From positions 57,786,001-57,850,000 of the forward strand of contig NC_086097.1 of assembly GCF_963921235.1 (NCBI RefSeq): DNA of 64,000 nucleotides, given 5' to 3'. The position numbers and the translations under genes were made by a program. The notes under the pieces were generated by a model. The model made no database searches. It saw only the letters and a program-made list of their open reading frames with translations, and was not told the origin of the DNA. The DNA comes from Mobula hypostoma. Lineage: Eukaryota. Of the stretch, positions 11,498 through 23,697 are shown piece by piece; position 1 is the first letter of the stretch, and the number at the start of each line of letters is the position of its first letter.

Positions 11498-13190
11498 TCA
11501 GAATCAGAATCAGGTTTATTATCACCGGCATGCAACATGAAATTTGTTAACTTAGCAGCCGCAGTTCAATGCAATACATAATCTAGCAGAGAGAGAAAAA
11601 AAATAATGATAAATAAACAAGAAAATCAATTACGTGTATTGAATGTACAAAAACAGAAATACTGAATATTAAAAAAAGGTGAGGTGGAGTCCAAAGCTTC
11701 AATGTCCACTTAGGAATCGGATGGCAGAGGGGAAGAAGCCGTTCCTGAATCGCTGAGTGTGTGCCTTCAGGCTTCTGTACCTCCTACCTGATGGTAACAG
11801 TGAGAAAAGGGCATGCCCTGAGTGCTGGAGGTCCTTAATAATGGACACTGCCTTTCTGAGACACTGCTTCCTAAAGATGTCCTGGGTACTTTTTAGACTA
11901 GTGCCCAAGATTGAGCTGACTAGATTTACAACCTTCTGCAGCTTCTTTCGGTCCTGTGCAGTAGCCCCTCCATACCAGACAGTGATGCAGCCTGTCAGAA
12001 TGCTCTCCATGGTACAACTATAGAAGTTTTTGAGTGTATTTGTTGACATGCCAAATCTCTTCAACTCCTAATGAAGTATAGCCGCTGTCTTGCCTTCTTT
12101 ATGACTACAGCGATATGTTGGGACCAGGTTAGATCCTCAGAGATCTTGACGCCCAGGAACTTGAAGCTGCTCACTCTCTCCACTTCTGATCCCTCTATGA
12201 GGATTGGTATGTGTTCCTTCGTCTTACCCTTCCTGAAGTCCACAATCAGGTCTTTCCTCTTACTGAGGTTGAGTGCCAGGTTGGTGCTGCAGCACCATTC
12301 CACTAGTTGGTGTATCTCACTCCTGTACGCCCTTTCGCCACCACATGAAATTCTACCAACAATGGTTGTATGGTCAGCAAATTTGTAGATGGTATTTGAG
12401 CTATGCCTAGCCACAAAGTCATGTATATACAGAGAGTACAGCCGTGGGCTAAGCATGCATCCCTGAGGTGCGCTAGTGTTGATCGTCAGCGAAGAGGATA
12501 TGTTATCACCAATCTGTACAGATTGTGGTCTTCCGGTTAGGAAGTCAAGGATCCAATTGCAGAGGGAGGTACAGATGCCCAGGTTCTGCAACTTCTCAAT
12601 CAGGATTGTGGGAATGATGGTATTAAATGCTGAGGTATAATTGATGAACAGCATCCTGATGTAGTTGTCCAGGTGGTCTAAAGCCTTGTGGAGAGCCATT
12701 GAGATTGCGTCTGCCATTGACCTGTTGTGGCAATAGGCAAATTACAATGGGTCTAGGTCCTTGCTGAAGCGGGAGTTCAGACTAGTCATAACCAACCTCT
12801 CAAAGCATTTCATCACTGTCGATGTGAGTGCTACTGGGCGATAGTCATTAAGGCACCCCGCATTATTCTTCTTAGGCACTGGTATAATTGTTGCCTTTTT
12901 GAAGCAAGTGGGAACTTCTGCCCACAGCAGTGAGAGGTTGGTTGGGACAGGTTTTCAGAGCCTTACCAGGTACGCCATCGGGACCTTCTGCCTTGCAAGG
13001 ATTCACTCTCACAATCTAACATCAGCCTCTGAGACAGAGATCACAGGGTCATCAGGTGCAGCAGGGATCTTCACAGCTGTAGTTGTGTTCTCCCTTTCAA
13101 CGTGGGCATAGAAGGCGTTGAGTTCATCTGGTAGTGAAGCATCACTGCCATTCATACTACTGGGTTTCACTTTGTAGGAAGTAATGGCTA
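11498..13190 (-). mobile_element. Rex1/Babar LINE, 5'-truncated, with RT pseudogene
   Basis: ORF 12061-12717 ([37 protein letters not shown]) and ORF 11699-12064. The minus-strand tail is aataaa plus (CTGATT)n at 11498-11520. Confidence 0.92.
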
Positions 13191-13299
13191 GTGTCCATTA
13201 TCCCTGCAACTGTATTTGTTTTCTCCAGTCCTAAACCCTGCAACCGAACATTGATTTGTAAGGGATCAAATTACAGATTATCTGCAGAGCAATAATTCA

Positions 13300-14000
13300 G
13301 ATGGTGATGAGGAGACAAACCGAAGTGAGATAGATCAGCTGGCTGAGTTGTGTCACAACAAACAACATTGCACTCAACCACAGTAAGACAAGGGAATTGA
13401 TTGTGGACGTTAGGAAGTGGAGATCGAGGGAACACTCACCAGTCCTCAATAAGGGATCTGCAGGGGATAGGGTGAGCAGTTTCAAGTTCCAGGGTGTCAA
13501 CATCTCTGAAGATCTATCCTGAGTTCAATATTTTCATGCAATTTTAAAGAAGGAAATGACAGTGGCTATATTTCGCTAGGAGCCTGAGGAGATTTGATAT
13601 GTCACCGAAGACTCTAGCAGAGTTCTACAGTTGCATCATGATGGGGAGGATTCTTGCTGGTTGCATCACAGTCTGGTATGGAGAAACCACTGCACAGGAT
13701 TGAAAAAAGCTGCAGAAAGATGCAAGTTCAGTCAGTTCCATCATGGAAACTAGCCTACCCAGCATCAAGGACATCTTCAAAAGGCAGAATCCAGCCTATC
13801 ACCCAGGGCATGCCCTCTTCTCACTGCTACCATCAAGGAGGAGATACAGGAGCCTGAAGACACACATCAATGTTTTAGGAACAGCTTTTCCCCCTCCACC
13901 ATCAGATTTCTGAATGGACAATGAATCTATGTACACTACCTCACTATATCGTTTGCTCTCTGTACTACTTATCCAGTTTAATTTTTATATACTGTATATA
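13300..14000 (+). mobile_element. Rex1/Babar 3' fragment (tail resumes at 14819-14933 after the Tigger-like insert)
   Basis: Homologous to the reverse complement of 11700-12340. The tail attgtactgctgctgcaaaacaac..attaaacctaattctgat follows 14819. Confidence 0.85.
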
Positions 14001-14818
14001 CAGTGGATGCTAGTTAATTGGTTTATTGGTTAATCAAGGTAGTTGTTTATTTGTGACAACTCTTGAAGAACAAAAACTAATCAAGAAGTTTGCCAGGATT
14101 CCCTTCATTTATTTGGGACACTGCTGTTTAATTGAGACAGGCGACTATTGCAGAACAGGTTCTAACTAGCATCAGTCACATGCATTTCTGTGGCCATTAG
14201 CCGCTATTCTGCGCCTAGAGTGGACAGTTTTCAAATAGTGTCAGTTGTATGTGTTTTTGTTCAAAAGCAGTGCTTTTTGTCACTGGTAGTTGGCAAGAAA
14301 TAAGCAGTTATGACGATTCAGAACTGTTTTGCTCACTGCAATTTCAAGCAATCAGGCTTGGAGATGCCAGAAATGGCTGGGAGCAGAAATGAAGTGATTT
14401 CACTACTTCAACATGTTAGGAACTACGAAGAATTTGGAAGTACCTAGAATGTTACAATGAAAATGAAAATTTGGAAGATGCAATTGCTGAAAGCATTGTC
14501 TGAAGGCAGTCCATTGTCTGCATTAGGTGTTTGCACTTAATTTGTTCACTTATAGTCAATCAAAAGTACACAGCAGTGTACACTGCATGAATTCCTCCAT
14601 CGATGGCTATTAGGAACTAATACACAGATTTATAGTATAGTAGTAGCATTGGTGGTGTGACAGTTTGTTCTATATTCCATTTAAATACATAATTTGTTAC
14701 TTAGTTAAATGGTAGTTCATCTTTTTTATACCTTTTATAACTATTTCCATGAAATTTTGACTAATTGGGGCAGCTGCTTTTTTGGGCCAAAATGTACTGG
14801 GCTCAATGATCCCAATTA
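14001..14818 (+). mobile_element. pogo/Tigger-like non-autonomous DNA transposon relic
   Basis: Starts TA|CAGTGG. Internal frameshifted SWQEISS/TIQNCFAHCNFK resembles the post-DDE motif of Tigger transposases. The left end has ttaattgg motifs and the right end has cccaatta, with the outer TIR missing. Confidence 0.6.
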
Positions 14819-15664
14819 CAATTTCTTATTGTAATTCGTAGTTTTTAGAAGTTGTGTATTACATTGTACTGCTGCTGCAAAACAACTTATTTCACGACAT
14901 ATGCCAATGATATTAAACCTAATTCTGATCCTGACTTGGTCATTTATCCATTAGATCTACCAATGCATTCAAGATGAAAAAATATAATGCTGCAGATATC
15001 CCGGTTGTGCAAACGCTTGGGCAATAGGTTGTAAACTCCAATCCTTTTACCCTTTTATATTTGTGGTTTATTATGTAGATTTATGACTGACGAAGATATA
15101 GACCTGTGTTGCTTTTTTGTTGCCACACCTGAACTTTGGACAAGCTTAGAACTAAAGTTATTAACAACATACGAAAGCATTGCATAACATTGTGAGTCAA
15201 AAGGCATGTTCCTGTATTCCTCACTGTCTTAATTAAAAGAACTCTTTTGATTTTCTTCACTCATTATCTCTTTGTCTTGTGTCACTTTGTACAAACTCTT
15301 CCAGGTTTGAGGGATAATACATTGTGAATTCTGGATTTGAACACATTGATTGATGTGTCACTTGGAGTCACCTAATAATTCCACACCGATATTTGCGTGG
15401 AGAACTTCCACTGGGGTGACCATGATTGTCACAGACTATTGATACTGTCCTGTGTATAGAATAGAGTCCATTTTGCACTCTGATTAGCTGCCACTTGAAT
15501 TATCTTTTAACCTAATTCCACTATGTTATTCTCTATGAATCAAAAAAGTGAACAGCCAGCTTCAATATATTTAAAAATGTGTGGTGACTTGATTTTTGTG
15601 ATGGTGTACTAAAGAGTGCATGATCAACCTGAGAGGCACCAAACAAACCTAGAAAACGTAAGCA

Positions 15665-15765
15665 AAACACACCAAAGTTGCTGGTGAACACAGCAGGCCA
15701 GGCAGCATCTCTAGGAAGAGGTACAGTTGATGTTTCAGGCCGAGACCCTTCGTCAGGACTGAAAA
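15665..15765 (-). mobile_element. Short Penelope-like element terminus with hammerhead motif
   Basis: Similar to 16843-16940 and 25848-25950. Confidence 0.85.
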
Positions 15766-15947
15766 CGTAATATACTCAGGCCTGGATGTTGGTGTCCATA
15801 AACATGAAGTATTGATAGAACCACCAATGACTGAACTGATTAAATCCAAAAGGGGAATCTAGTGTGAGGTAAACTATTTTGGGAGGATTAATAAGGTTGG
15901 CATATGCAGTTAGTGTAGGACCTATAGAAGTATAGGACCTATAGGTG

Positions 15948-16534
15948 TAGGCCTTGGTGTGACCACACCTGGAATATTGAGTGCAGTTTTGGTCCCCTAA
16001 TCTGAGGAAAGACATCCTTGCCATAGAGGGAGTACAAAGAAGGTTCACCAGATTGATTCCTGGGATGGCAGGACTTTCATATGAAGAAAGACTGGATGAA
16101 CTGGGCTTGTACTCTTTGGAATTTAGAAGATTGAGGGGGGATCTGATTGAAACGTATAAAATCCTAAAGGGATTGGACAGGCTAGATGCAGGAAGATTGT
16201 TCCCGATGTTGGGGAAGTCCAGAACAAGGGGTCACAGTTTGAGGATAAAGGGGAAGCCTTTTAGGACCGAGATTAGGAAAAACTTCTTCACACAGAGAGT
16301 GGTGAATCTGTGGAATTCTCTGCCACAGGAAACAGTTGAGGCCAGTTCATTGGCTATATTTAAGAGGGAGTTAGATATGGCCCTTGTGGCTACAGGGATC
16401 GGGGGTATGGAGGGAAGGCTGGTGCAGGGTTCTGAGTTGGATGATCAGCCATGATCATAATAAATGGCGGTGCAGGCTCGAAGGGCCGAATGGCCTACTC
16501 CTACACCTATCTTCTATGTTTCTATGTTTCTATG
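15948..16534 (+). mobile_element. Young CR1 3' fragment inserted in an older CR1 relic (host ~15850-16700)
   Basis: Nearly identical to 3888-4468, with (ATGTTTCT)n tail. The host text ..gtaggacc | ttaaatactgaggaacag resumes after it. Confidence 0.93.
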
Positions 16535-16901
16535 TTAAATACTGAGGAACAGACAGACTTTGTTATAAGTCCTAGGGTCCTTGAAGGTAGCGGCACAAGT
16601 AAATAAGATGAATAATAAAGCAAAGAGGATGATAGACTTTGTTATCTGGACTTAGAATACAAGAGCTTAGGTTGTAGCTGGAGTGCTGTGTGCAGTTCTG
16701 TTTTTGTAACTTAAAACAATTTTTATGTCTTGCACCGTACTGCTGCCCCAAAACAAAAAATTTCAAGATGTTTGTCAGTAGGACGGGAGTAATGGCAATG
16801 GAGAATGCGGAGATTTGCCAAGGTGGTTCCTTATATAAGATACATACATCAAAGTTGCTGGTGAACGCAGCAGGCCAAGCAGCATCTATAGGAAGAGGCG
16901 C

Positions 16902-16937
16902 AGTCGACATTTCAGGCCGAGACCCTTCGTCAGGACT
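16902..16937 (-). ncRNA. Minimal type-I hammerhead ribozyme motif (PLE)
   Basis: AGUC-CUGACGA-A-GGGU(CUCG)GCCU-GAAAU-GUC-GACU: core, stem I and stem II present. Confidence 0.75.
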
Positions 16938-17544
16938 AACTGAAGGAAGAGTGAGTAAGGGATTTGAAAGCTGGAGGGGGAGGGGGAGATGCAAAATGAT
17001 AGGAGAAGACAGGAGGGGGAGGGATAGAGCCGAGAGCTGGACAGGTGATAGGCAAAAGGGGATACGAGAGGATCATGGGACAGGAGGTCCGGGAAGAAAG
17101 ACAAGGCGGGGGGACCCAGAGGATGGGCAAGAGGTATATTCAGAGGGACAGAGGGAGAAAAAGGAGAGTGAGAGAAAGAATGTGTGCATAAAAATGAGTA
17201 ACAGATGGGGTACGAGGGGGAGGTGGGGCCTACTTCTCTAACTTCCGCTAGGCCCCACCTCCCCCTCGTACCCCATCTGTTACTCATTTTTATGCACACA
17301 TTCTTTCTCTCACTCTCCTTTTTCTCCCTCTGTCCCTCTGAATATACCTCTTGCCCATCCTCTGGGTCACCCCCCCCTTGTCTTTCTTCCCGGACCTCCT
17401 GTCCCATGATCCTCTCGTATCCCCTTTTGCCTATCACCTGTCCAGCTCTCGGCTCTATCCCTCCCCCTCCTGTCTTCTCCTATCATTTTGGATCTCTCCC
17501 TCCCCCTCCAGCTTTCAAATCCCTTACTCACTCTTCCTTCAGTT

Positions 17545-17580
17545 AGTCCTGACGAAGGGTCTCGGCCTGAAACATTGACT
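17545..17580 (+). ncRNA. Minimal type-I hammerhead ribozyme motif (PLE), mutated stem III
   Basis: AGUC-CUGACGA-A-GGGU(CUCG)GCCU-GAAAC-AUU-GACU. Confidence 0.7.
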
Positions 17581-18269
17581 GCGCCTCTTCCTATAGATGC
17601 TGCCTGGCCTGCTGCGTTCACCAGCAACTTTGATGTATGTTGCTTGAATTTCCAGCATCTGCAGAATTCTTGTTGTTTGCCCTTATATAAGATATCTTGA
17701 TTATGGGGAGAGACTGGATTTGTTCTCTTTGGACCAGAGGATGCTGAGGGGTACTTGACTGAGGTTTACATAATTATAAAGTGCATAGCCATGGTGGGAA
17801 GCGATAAATATTTTTCCTTGGTGATGGGAAATTGGATTGGTGTAGAAAGTACTTGAAGGGCCTTTTACAGTGTGCTTTGTGGCACTGCTGCTGTAGGATG
17901 ATTGGTTGTGAATGATTGGGCATGGAGGATAAACCATATCCTTGTACCTTCAACCTACCCTCCTGAAGAAGCATTGATAGATGTGGTCGTCATATTTTTC
18001 TTAAAGATCACTGCACTGTCTGGTTTAGCCAAAACTGTTTTCACACTGAGAGTATTCTCCTCAGTGATATGTGGCATTATTAACACACTAAATAATTTAG
18101 TTATCGAAATACTTTGTAAATTGAAGGTAGTCATCCATGAGGCACTATGGGCCACCGGTATCAACAGAGCTGTATTTCCCTTCATTTCTAACATTGCAAC
18201 TCAGAGGAATCCTCCATCTACCATTGCCATCAAGTTACAGTACCAATGTTTGTTCAACAAGCATTGCAG

Positions 18270-18610
18270 AGGGGCACATTACTATTGCTAATGTACTGGA
18301 TGAGGACTGATAACTCTTGGTGGCTGATCTCATGACAAAAGTTAGAATCCCACCAACTATGAAATTTGAATTCAATTAATTAAACCTAGAACAAAAAAGC
18401 TTGTATTTGTGATTGTGACTGTGACCATGGAGCAGGTTACTATAAAAACTGCTGTGTTCCAGTCATGTTATTTAGGGAGATCTGACAACCTTGTCTGATC
18501 TAGTGTCTATGTGATTCCAGATTCATGATGATGTGATTGATTTGGAAATAGTTTAGTTTATGTCTGAAATGGACATAAAATGCTGGCCTAAGCAGTATGC
18601 TACTTCCTTT
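18270..18610 (+). mobile_element. Old tRNA-derived SINE with CR1/L3-type tail
   Basis: gttagaatcccacc (box B-like), gaaatttgaattcaattaat, and tail aaatgctggcct resemble a recalled elasmobranch SINE. Confidence 0.5.
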
Positions 18611-18834
18611 TTACCAAGTATGTTTTTATTACACAAATGCCTTCATAGCAGCAAACTAAAATGGGTACAAATGCATCAATTCATTGGCAGCATAGTGACG
18701 TAGGTAGTAGAGTGGCACACAGCTCAAGAAATCTGGTTCAGTCATTATCGCCCGAGTTTGCACATTCTCCTTGCAACCTTGTGCTGTGGGGAGTGAGTTA
18801 ACAGGACCCTGTAAGTTGTCCTTAGTGCATATGG

Positions 18835-19160
18835 TCGCCAATCTGTGCAGGGCACAGTATCGCAAGCAATGTGATCAAAATCAATCAATCATTTTTCAGA
18901 AGTGTTGGTTGTAGAATGGATATTACATTGGTCTTCCTTCCAGTGGTAACTTTTTTGAAATGCATGTGACTTTGTGGTCCACCTGAGAAGAAAGGTAAGA
19001 TCTCAGTTTAAATTCTCTTCTGAAGCATTCCAAGCCTGTCAACGAGGCCCTTCTCCAGGGTCACCAGGATGCTTCTCTTGATTTCTTTGTTTCTGTGGTC
19101 AATTCTTGTGAGTGGATTTGAATCTACAGCTTTCCACTCAGATGAGAGCACTTCCCATTC
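18835..19160 (-). mobile_element. Deu-domain SINE relic
   Basis: agcaatgtgat..gtgttggttg..gtccacctgagaag..ctcagtttaa..gagtggatttgaatctacag..actcagatgagagc. Confidence 0.55.
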
Positions 19161-20254
19161 AAACATTAACATTAACAACACCTATTTTTTTCGTTTATGG
19201 TGCCTCTGATATGGTTGCAGACAGTTCAGAATGCTTCACAATTTTTTTTCAGACGAGATTTAGCACTAAGATGCAAGATTGATGACCAAGAATTTGACCA
19301 AAGAGGGAAACAATTCTCCGCGATTATTTTGGAAGTGAAGAGAAAGTTTATGCCGAAGAGGCAGTTGGAGAAATTTCTTTATAGGTTGCAGATTTACTTG
19401 TGCATCTTTGAAGCCGAGCTTGCAATGCAAGTGGAATATTTAATTTATTACTAGTCCAGATGGCAATCTTGGCTCACTTGCAAAAGACTCCAGGAAATCT
19501 ATCATTAGCATTTCTCACAGCAAGAGAGATTCGACCATTAATAAATAGTAGTAACAGTAGTTCTTAACATATGGTGAAATCCAAAGATATTTGTAGTATT
19601 TCCTTTTGGAAGATGTATATTTTGTTTTTATTAACATTGGGAAAATATTTAAGGCAAGAAACAGTCTATAATGGATCAAAATTCAGCCCAGAATTATGAT
19701 ATAAGACCACTTCTAAATGCACGTATCTGTGGATTAAACAATATATGTCCACGCCAATTGTTTAACCCTTTCAATTAGTCTTGTCTATTGTTTAGCATGA
19801 AAGTCCAGGTAGCTAACGGAGCATCAGTCTTACTGTCCAGAGATCTTCAAACTTAGATCCATGTTACCACCTGCACATCATTGGGTGATTGATTCTTTTT
19901 TTCCGACAAACTTCCTGTTCTTACTTTCCACTCACAACGTCCCGTTAAAGAAGTATCATCAGGAAAATCAATGAAGCCACTCATTGTAAAAGGATTACTA
20001 CAGAAAAGTAGCAATATGGTCATGACAAATGTCACCTCCAAATGATACAACATTCTTCCATTTTGAGGCTGCACCCATACTAATTAGTGCAAATTTATAT
20101 TTGCCTTCTTAATCCTTTCAACATTTAATTTTTCCACCCTATTGCAGAATTTTCCTTGTGTGTAAGCAAATAAACCTGCTATATGTCTAATACATGGCAT
20201 TTCTTACATGAAAATTCATGAATATTTACTGTTTTTGTTTGAATGATACATCAA

Positions 20255-21880
20255 TAAGAGAGTTGTCATAGTGGGTGACTTTAGTTTTCCTTGTATTGAC
20301 TGGGAGTTCCTTTGTGCCAGAGCTTAGGTGAGGTAAAGTTTGTTGGGGCATGTAAGAGAACTCTTGACACAATATGTAGATAGCACAAGCAGGGAATGGG
20401 CCATTGTAGACCTTGTGTTGGGAAATGTGCTCAGCCAGATGATCAGAGTTTCAGTAGGAGACCATTTTGGGAACAGCGATCAGAACTCTAAAGTTTTATG
20501 ATAAGTAAGAGACTGAACCGAGGTGGGGGGAAGGGGCAGGAGAGTGGTAAATTAGGTTAAAGCTCATTACAATGGTATTAGGCTGAAAGTGGAGAGAGTA
20601 AATCTGGAGCAGTTGTTTTTGGGAAAGTCCATTCTGACGTGGGAGTCATTTAAAGGTCAACTGCTCAGGATTCAGGTTCGGCTTGTTCTTGTATGGAAGA
20701 AGGACAAGGATGGCAAGGTTTAGGAACCTTGGATGATGAGATATTGTAAATCTAGTCAAAAATAACATACTTTGTAAGGTTTAGAAAGTAGAAATCAGAC
20801 AGGACCTTGGGGAATATAAAAGAAGCAGGAAAGACTGGAAAGTGACCATAAAATTACCTTAGTGCCTAATATTACAGAAAATCCAAAGGCAGTTTACACA
20901 GATGTTAAGGACAAAGGTAACTAAGGAAAGGTTAAGACCAATTAAAAGCAAAGGAAGGCGTTTATGTGTGGAGCCAGAGGAAGTTTGTGAGATACTACAA
21001 ACATTTGTAAATGAGTACTTTATAGCAGTATTCATCAAGGTGAAGGACAAGGAGGAGAAGTGTAGACTTGGGGTAGACTAGGGGCTGTGGATGTTGTCTA
21101 CATAGACTTAAGTAAAAACAGTTTGCAAGAATTTTCATGTTAGGTTCATCTAGAACTGTAAAGCACATGGGATCTATAGTGACTTGGTAGACTGGGTTCA
21201 AAATTGGCTTGACCACAACAGACAGAGGCTAGTGGTGGAGGGGTGTTTTATCTGACTGGTCATCTGTGACCAGTCCTGTTCTTCAAGGACCAGTGCTGGA
21301 ACCACTGGTAATATTGGAGCTGTACAAAATTTTGGTTAGGCTACACTTGGAGTTTCATATGCAATTCTCTTTGCCACATTACTAGAAGGATGTGGAGGCC
21401 TTAGAGAGAATGTAGAAGAGTTTCACTAGAATGTTGACTGGATTAGACAGGGTAAGCTATCAGGAGAGGGTGAACAAACATCGATTGTCTTTCTCTGGAG
21501 CTTCAGAGACTGAGGAGTGATCTGACAGAAGTGTGTAAAATTACGAAGTGCGTAGATCAGGTAGGTAGCCCTTTACCAGGGTGAAAATGTCAAATAGCAG
21601 AAAGCACAGTTTTAAGGTGTGAGGGGTAAAGCTTAAAGGAAATTTATGAGGCAAGTTATTTTTACAGAATGGTAAGCACCTGGAATATGCTACCAGGAGA
21701 GTTGATGGAAGCCGGTACAATAACAACATTTAATAAGTATTTAGGCAGACATCTGAGCAGGCAGGGAACGGAGGGACATAAATCACATGTCCCTTTACGG
21801 ATTAATATAATTTGGCTTCGTGGTTGTCACAAATGTGATGGGCTGAAGGGTCTGTTCTGTGCTATAATGTTCTATATTCT
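20255..21880 (+). mobile_element. Old CR1 ORF2 relic with several internal deletions
   Basis: APE-end motifs (VIVGDFSFP-like, LDLVLGN-like, GNSDQNS), an RT fragment (..caaggaccagtgctgg) and the 3' tail tgttctatattct. Confidence 0.75.
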
Positions 21881-23370
21881 ATTTTGTTCACGTTAACCGG
21901 ATTCCTGTCTCAACAATACTCTGTCCCTCTTTATAAAAAAAACTGCCTAAATTACCACTCACTTAATCCTTCTCATTCATCCTCTTTTGTTTGCCTTCGA
22001 GTTCTTTTTTGCCGATTTGGAGCACATTGGAACTGCTTTTCAAGATACAATGCAATTCGAAGCTTTTGGTGTAAATATGCAACTCAAGGCAGCCTGCCGG
22101 AAGCACTTGGTGGGGTGTGGGGGGGGGGTGGGTGGGGGGGAGTCTCTTTCCGTACTATGTACTTAATGCATGTTGAATTGCTATTAATGTGCAATTTACA
22201 TTATTGTGTGCAATTAATGTGAAAATCAACTTGTATTTGGCAAGTTCCCGCATATGGTAGACTTGTTTTCTGTTTCATGTTACTCACATCTAAGGAGAGC
22301 TATTTTCTTTCCAAATTTGTAGTATATTCTGGGATTTTCGAAGTCCATATGTTTTGTAACTCTTTTATAAAGTATGGTGCCTCCCATTACACAGCAGATT
22401 TCCACCAGCCTCACCTGTAAAAGGACGAGTGGGGTCTGCACAGGATGTTGAACACATGCCTGTGTGGTTTCGAGGCAGCAGTGCTACCGAAAGAGCCAAG
22501 ACAGTACTTTGAGCATGGGTTGGTAGGCTTTTAAATCTGCTTTATAAGGTGGAATGTATTAATGGTTTCTACTTCTGAAACATTGAATGCCAATAAGGTT
22601 TTAGCTCTGTTTTAAAGAACACAATGATTTAATATGTAAAATTGCTATCAGCTTGTTTTGAATTGTTATCAAATAGAGAAAGACAATTGACTGTAAAATA
22701 TGAGGAAAAAGCATTAAATGAAATATTAACAGTAGTTTCTGTGCGCATGATGTACTTAAAAGCCCTGGCTCATTTGTTAGCAATTCTGACTCTGGTTGGG
22801 TGGAACAACAAGCAAGAAGTAAAGGAAGATCAAAGGGCAGAAAGTTTGGGATTGGTGGGCCAAAAAGAGGCTGCAGTTTGCCACATGTTTTCTTGAGGAG
22901 TTGGAAGCAATGCTGTAACCTTTAGATCCGAAAGAAAATCTTTGCTATGGCATTCCTAAACCCTCTAAACCTCAATGTTTCTTTACCTGTGGGTTGTTGA
23001 TCTGGCCCCCTTCCACCACCACCACCACCTGGAGATCCTTCTCAGTTGACAAGGGAAGTCCCTAATGGTCCTTGGCTTTCTTCCCAGACAACTTGCTTGC
23101 TTCCAAGGGAGAAATAGCATTAAAAATTGGGAGGTCTTGCTGTTATATTTGGCAGCATCACTGCATTCTCAGGATTTCCATTTTCCCAGATTAACTCCCA
23201 CCTTCCTACAGCAGCCTTCCCCCCTTCCTCCTTGTGGGTGTCTGCCCTGTTTTGTTTGTTGCAGCTCCAATGTCTCCTATCGCCCCCTATATTTCAGAAC
23301 TACAAATATTTCACTTGGCTTTAATTGCTGCTGGACATGAACAAAACTGTTCTGAAATCAACACGTCCTT

Positions 23371-23697
23371 GCAGCATGGTAGCATAGTCGTTCTTGCAAC
23401 ACTTTACAGCCGATCGGGGTTCAATTCCCGTCTCTCTCTGTAAGGAGTATGTACATTTTCCCTGTGATTGCGTAGGTTTCCTCCGGGTGTACTGGTGTCC
23501 TCCCACATTCCAAAGAATTGTGTTTTGGGTTAGAGTTAGCGAGTTGTGGGTATGCTATGTTGGCACTGGAGGTGTAACGACCTTGCGGACTTCCCCCAGC
23601 GCAACCCTCTGACTGTGTTTGTCATTGATGCAGACGGTGGATTTCACTGTGTGTTTTGATGTACGTGTGACAAATAAAGCTAATCTTTAATCTCATC
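23371..23697 (+). mobile_element. tRNA-derived V-SINE with Rex-type 3' tail
   Basis: Box A-like ggtagcatagtcg, box B GGTTCAATTCC (23418-23428), V-core gcgtaggtttcctccgggtgtactggtgtcctcccacattccaaaga, and tail aataaagctaatctttaatct. Confidence 0.8.

Larger units (their letters stand above)
16843..17680. mobile_element. Penelope-like element with inverted pLTR (palindrome) and 14-bp TSD
   Basis: Arms 16843-17232 and 17249-17639 are reverse complements. TSD CCTTATATAAGATA at 16829-16842 and 17681-17694. Confidence 0.93.

Noticed and set aside
13990..13996. TACTGTA resembling a Tc1/mariner excision footprint
   Set aside because: Too short, and it lies in an AT-rich Rex1 UTR where similar text occurs (e.g. 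tacttactg near 63552).
16572..17700. Cluster of mirrored ORFs (up to 183 aa) on both strands
   Set aside because: They arise from the PLE palindrome and its low-complexity UTR. They are not genes.
22108..22140. G-rich run with quadruplex potential (also 49150-49400)
   Set aside because: Simple low-complexity sequence with no supporting context.
23371..23435. Possible tRNA gene
   Set aside because: Only Pol III box-like motifs of a SINE head. There is no cloverleaf, and it is followed by the V-core.
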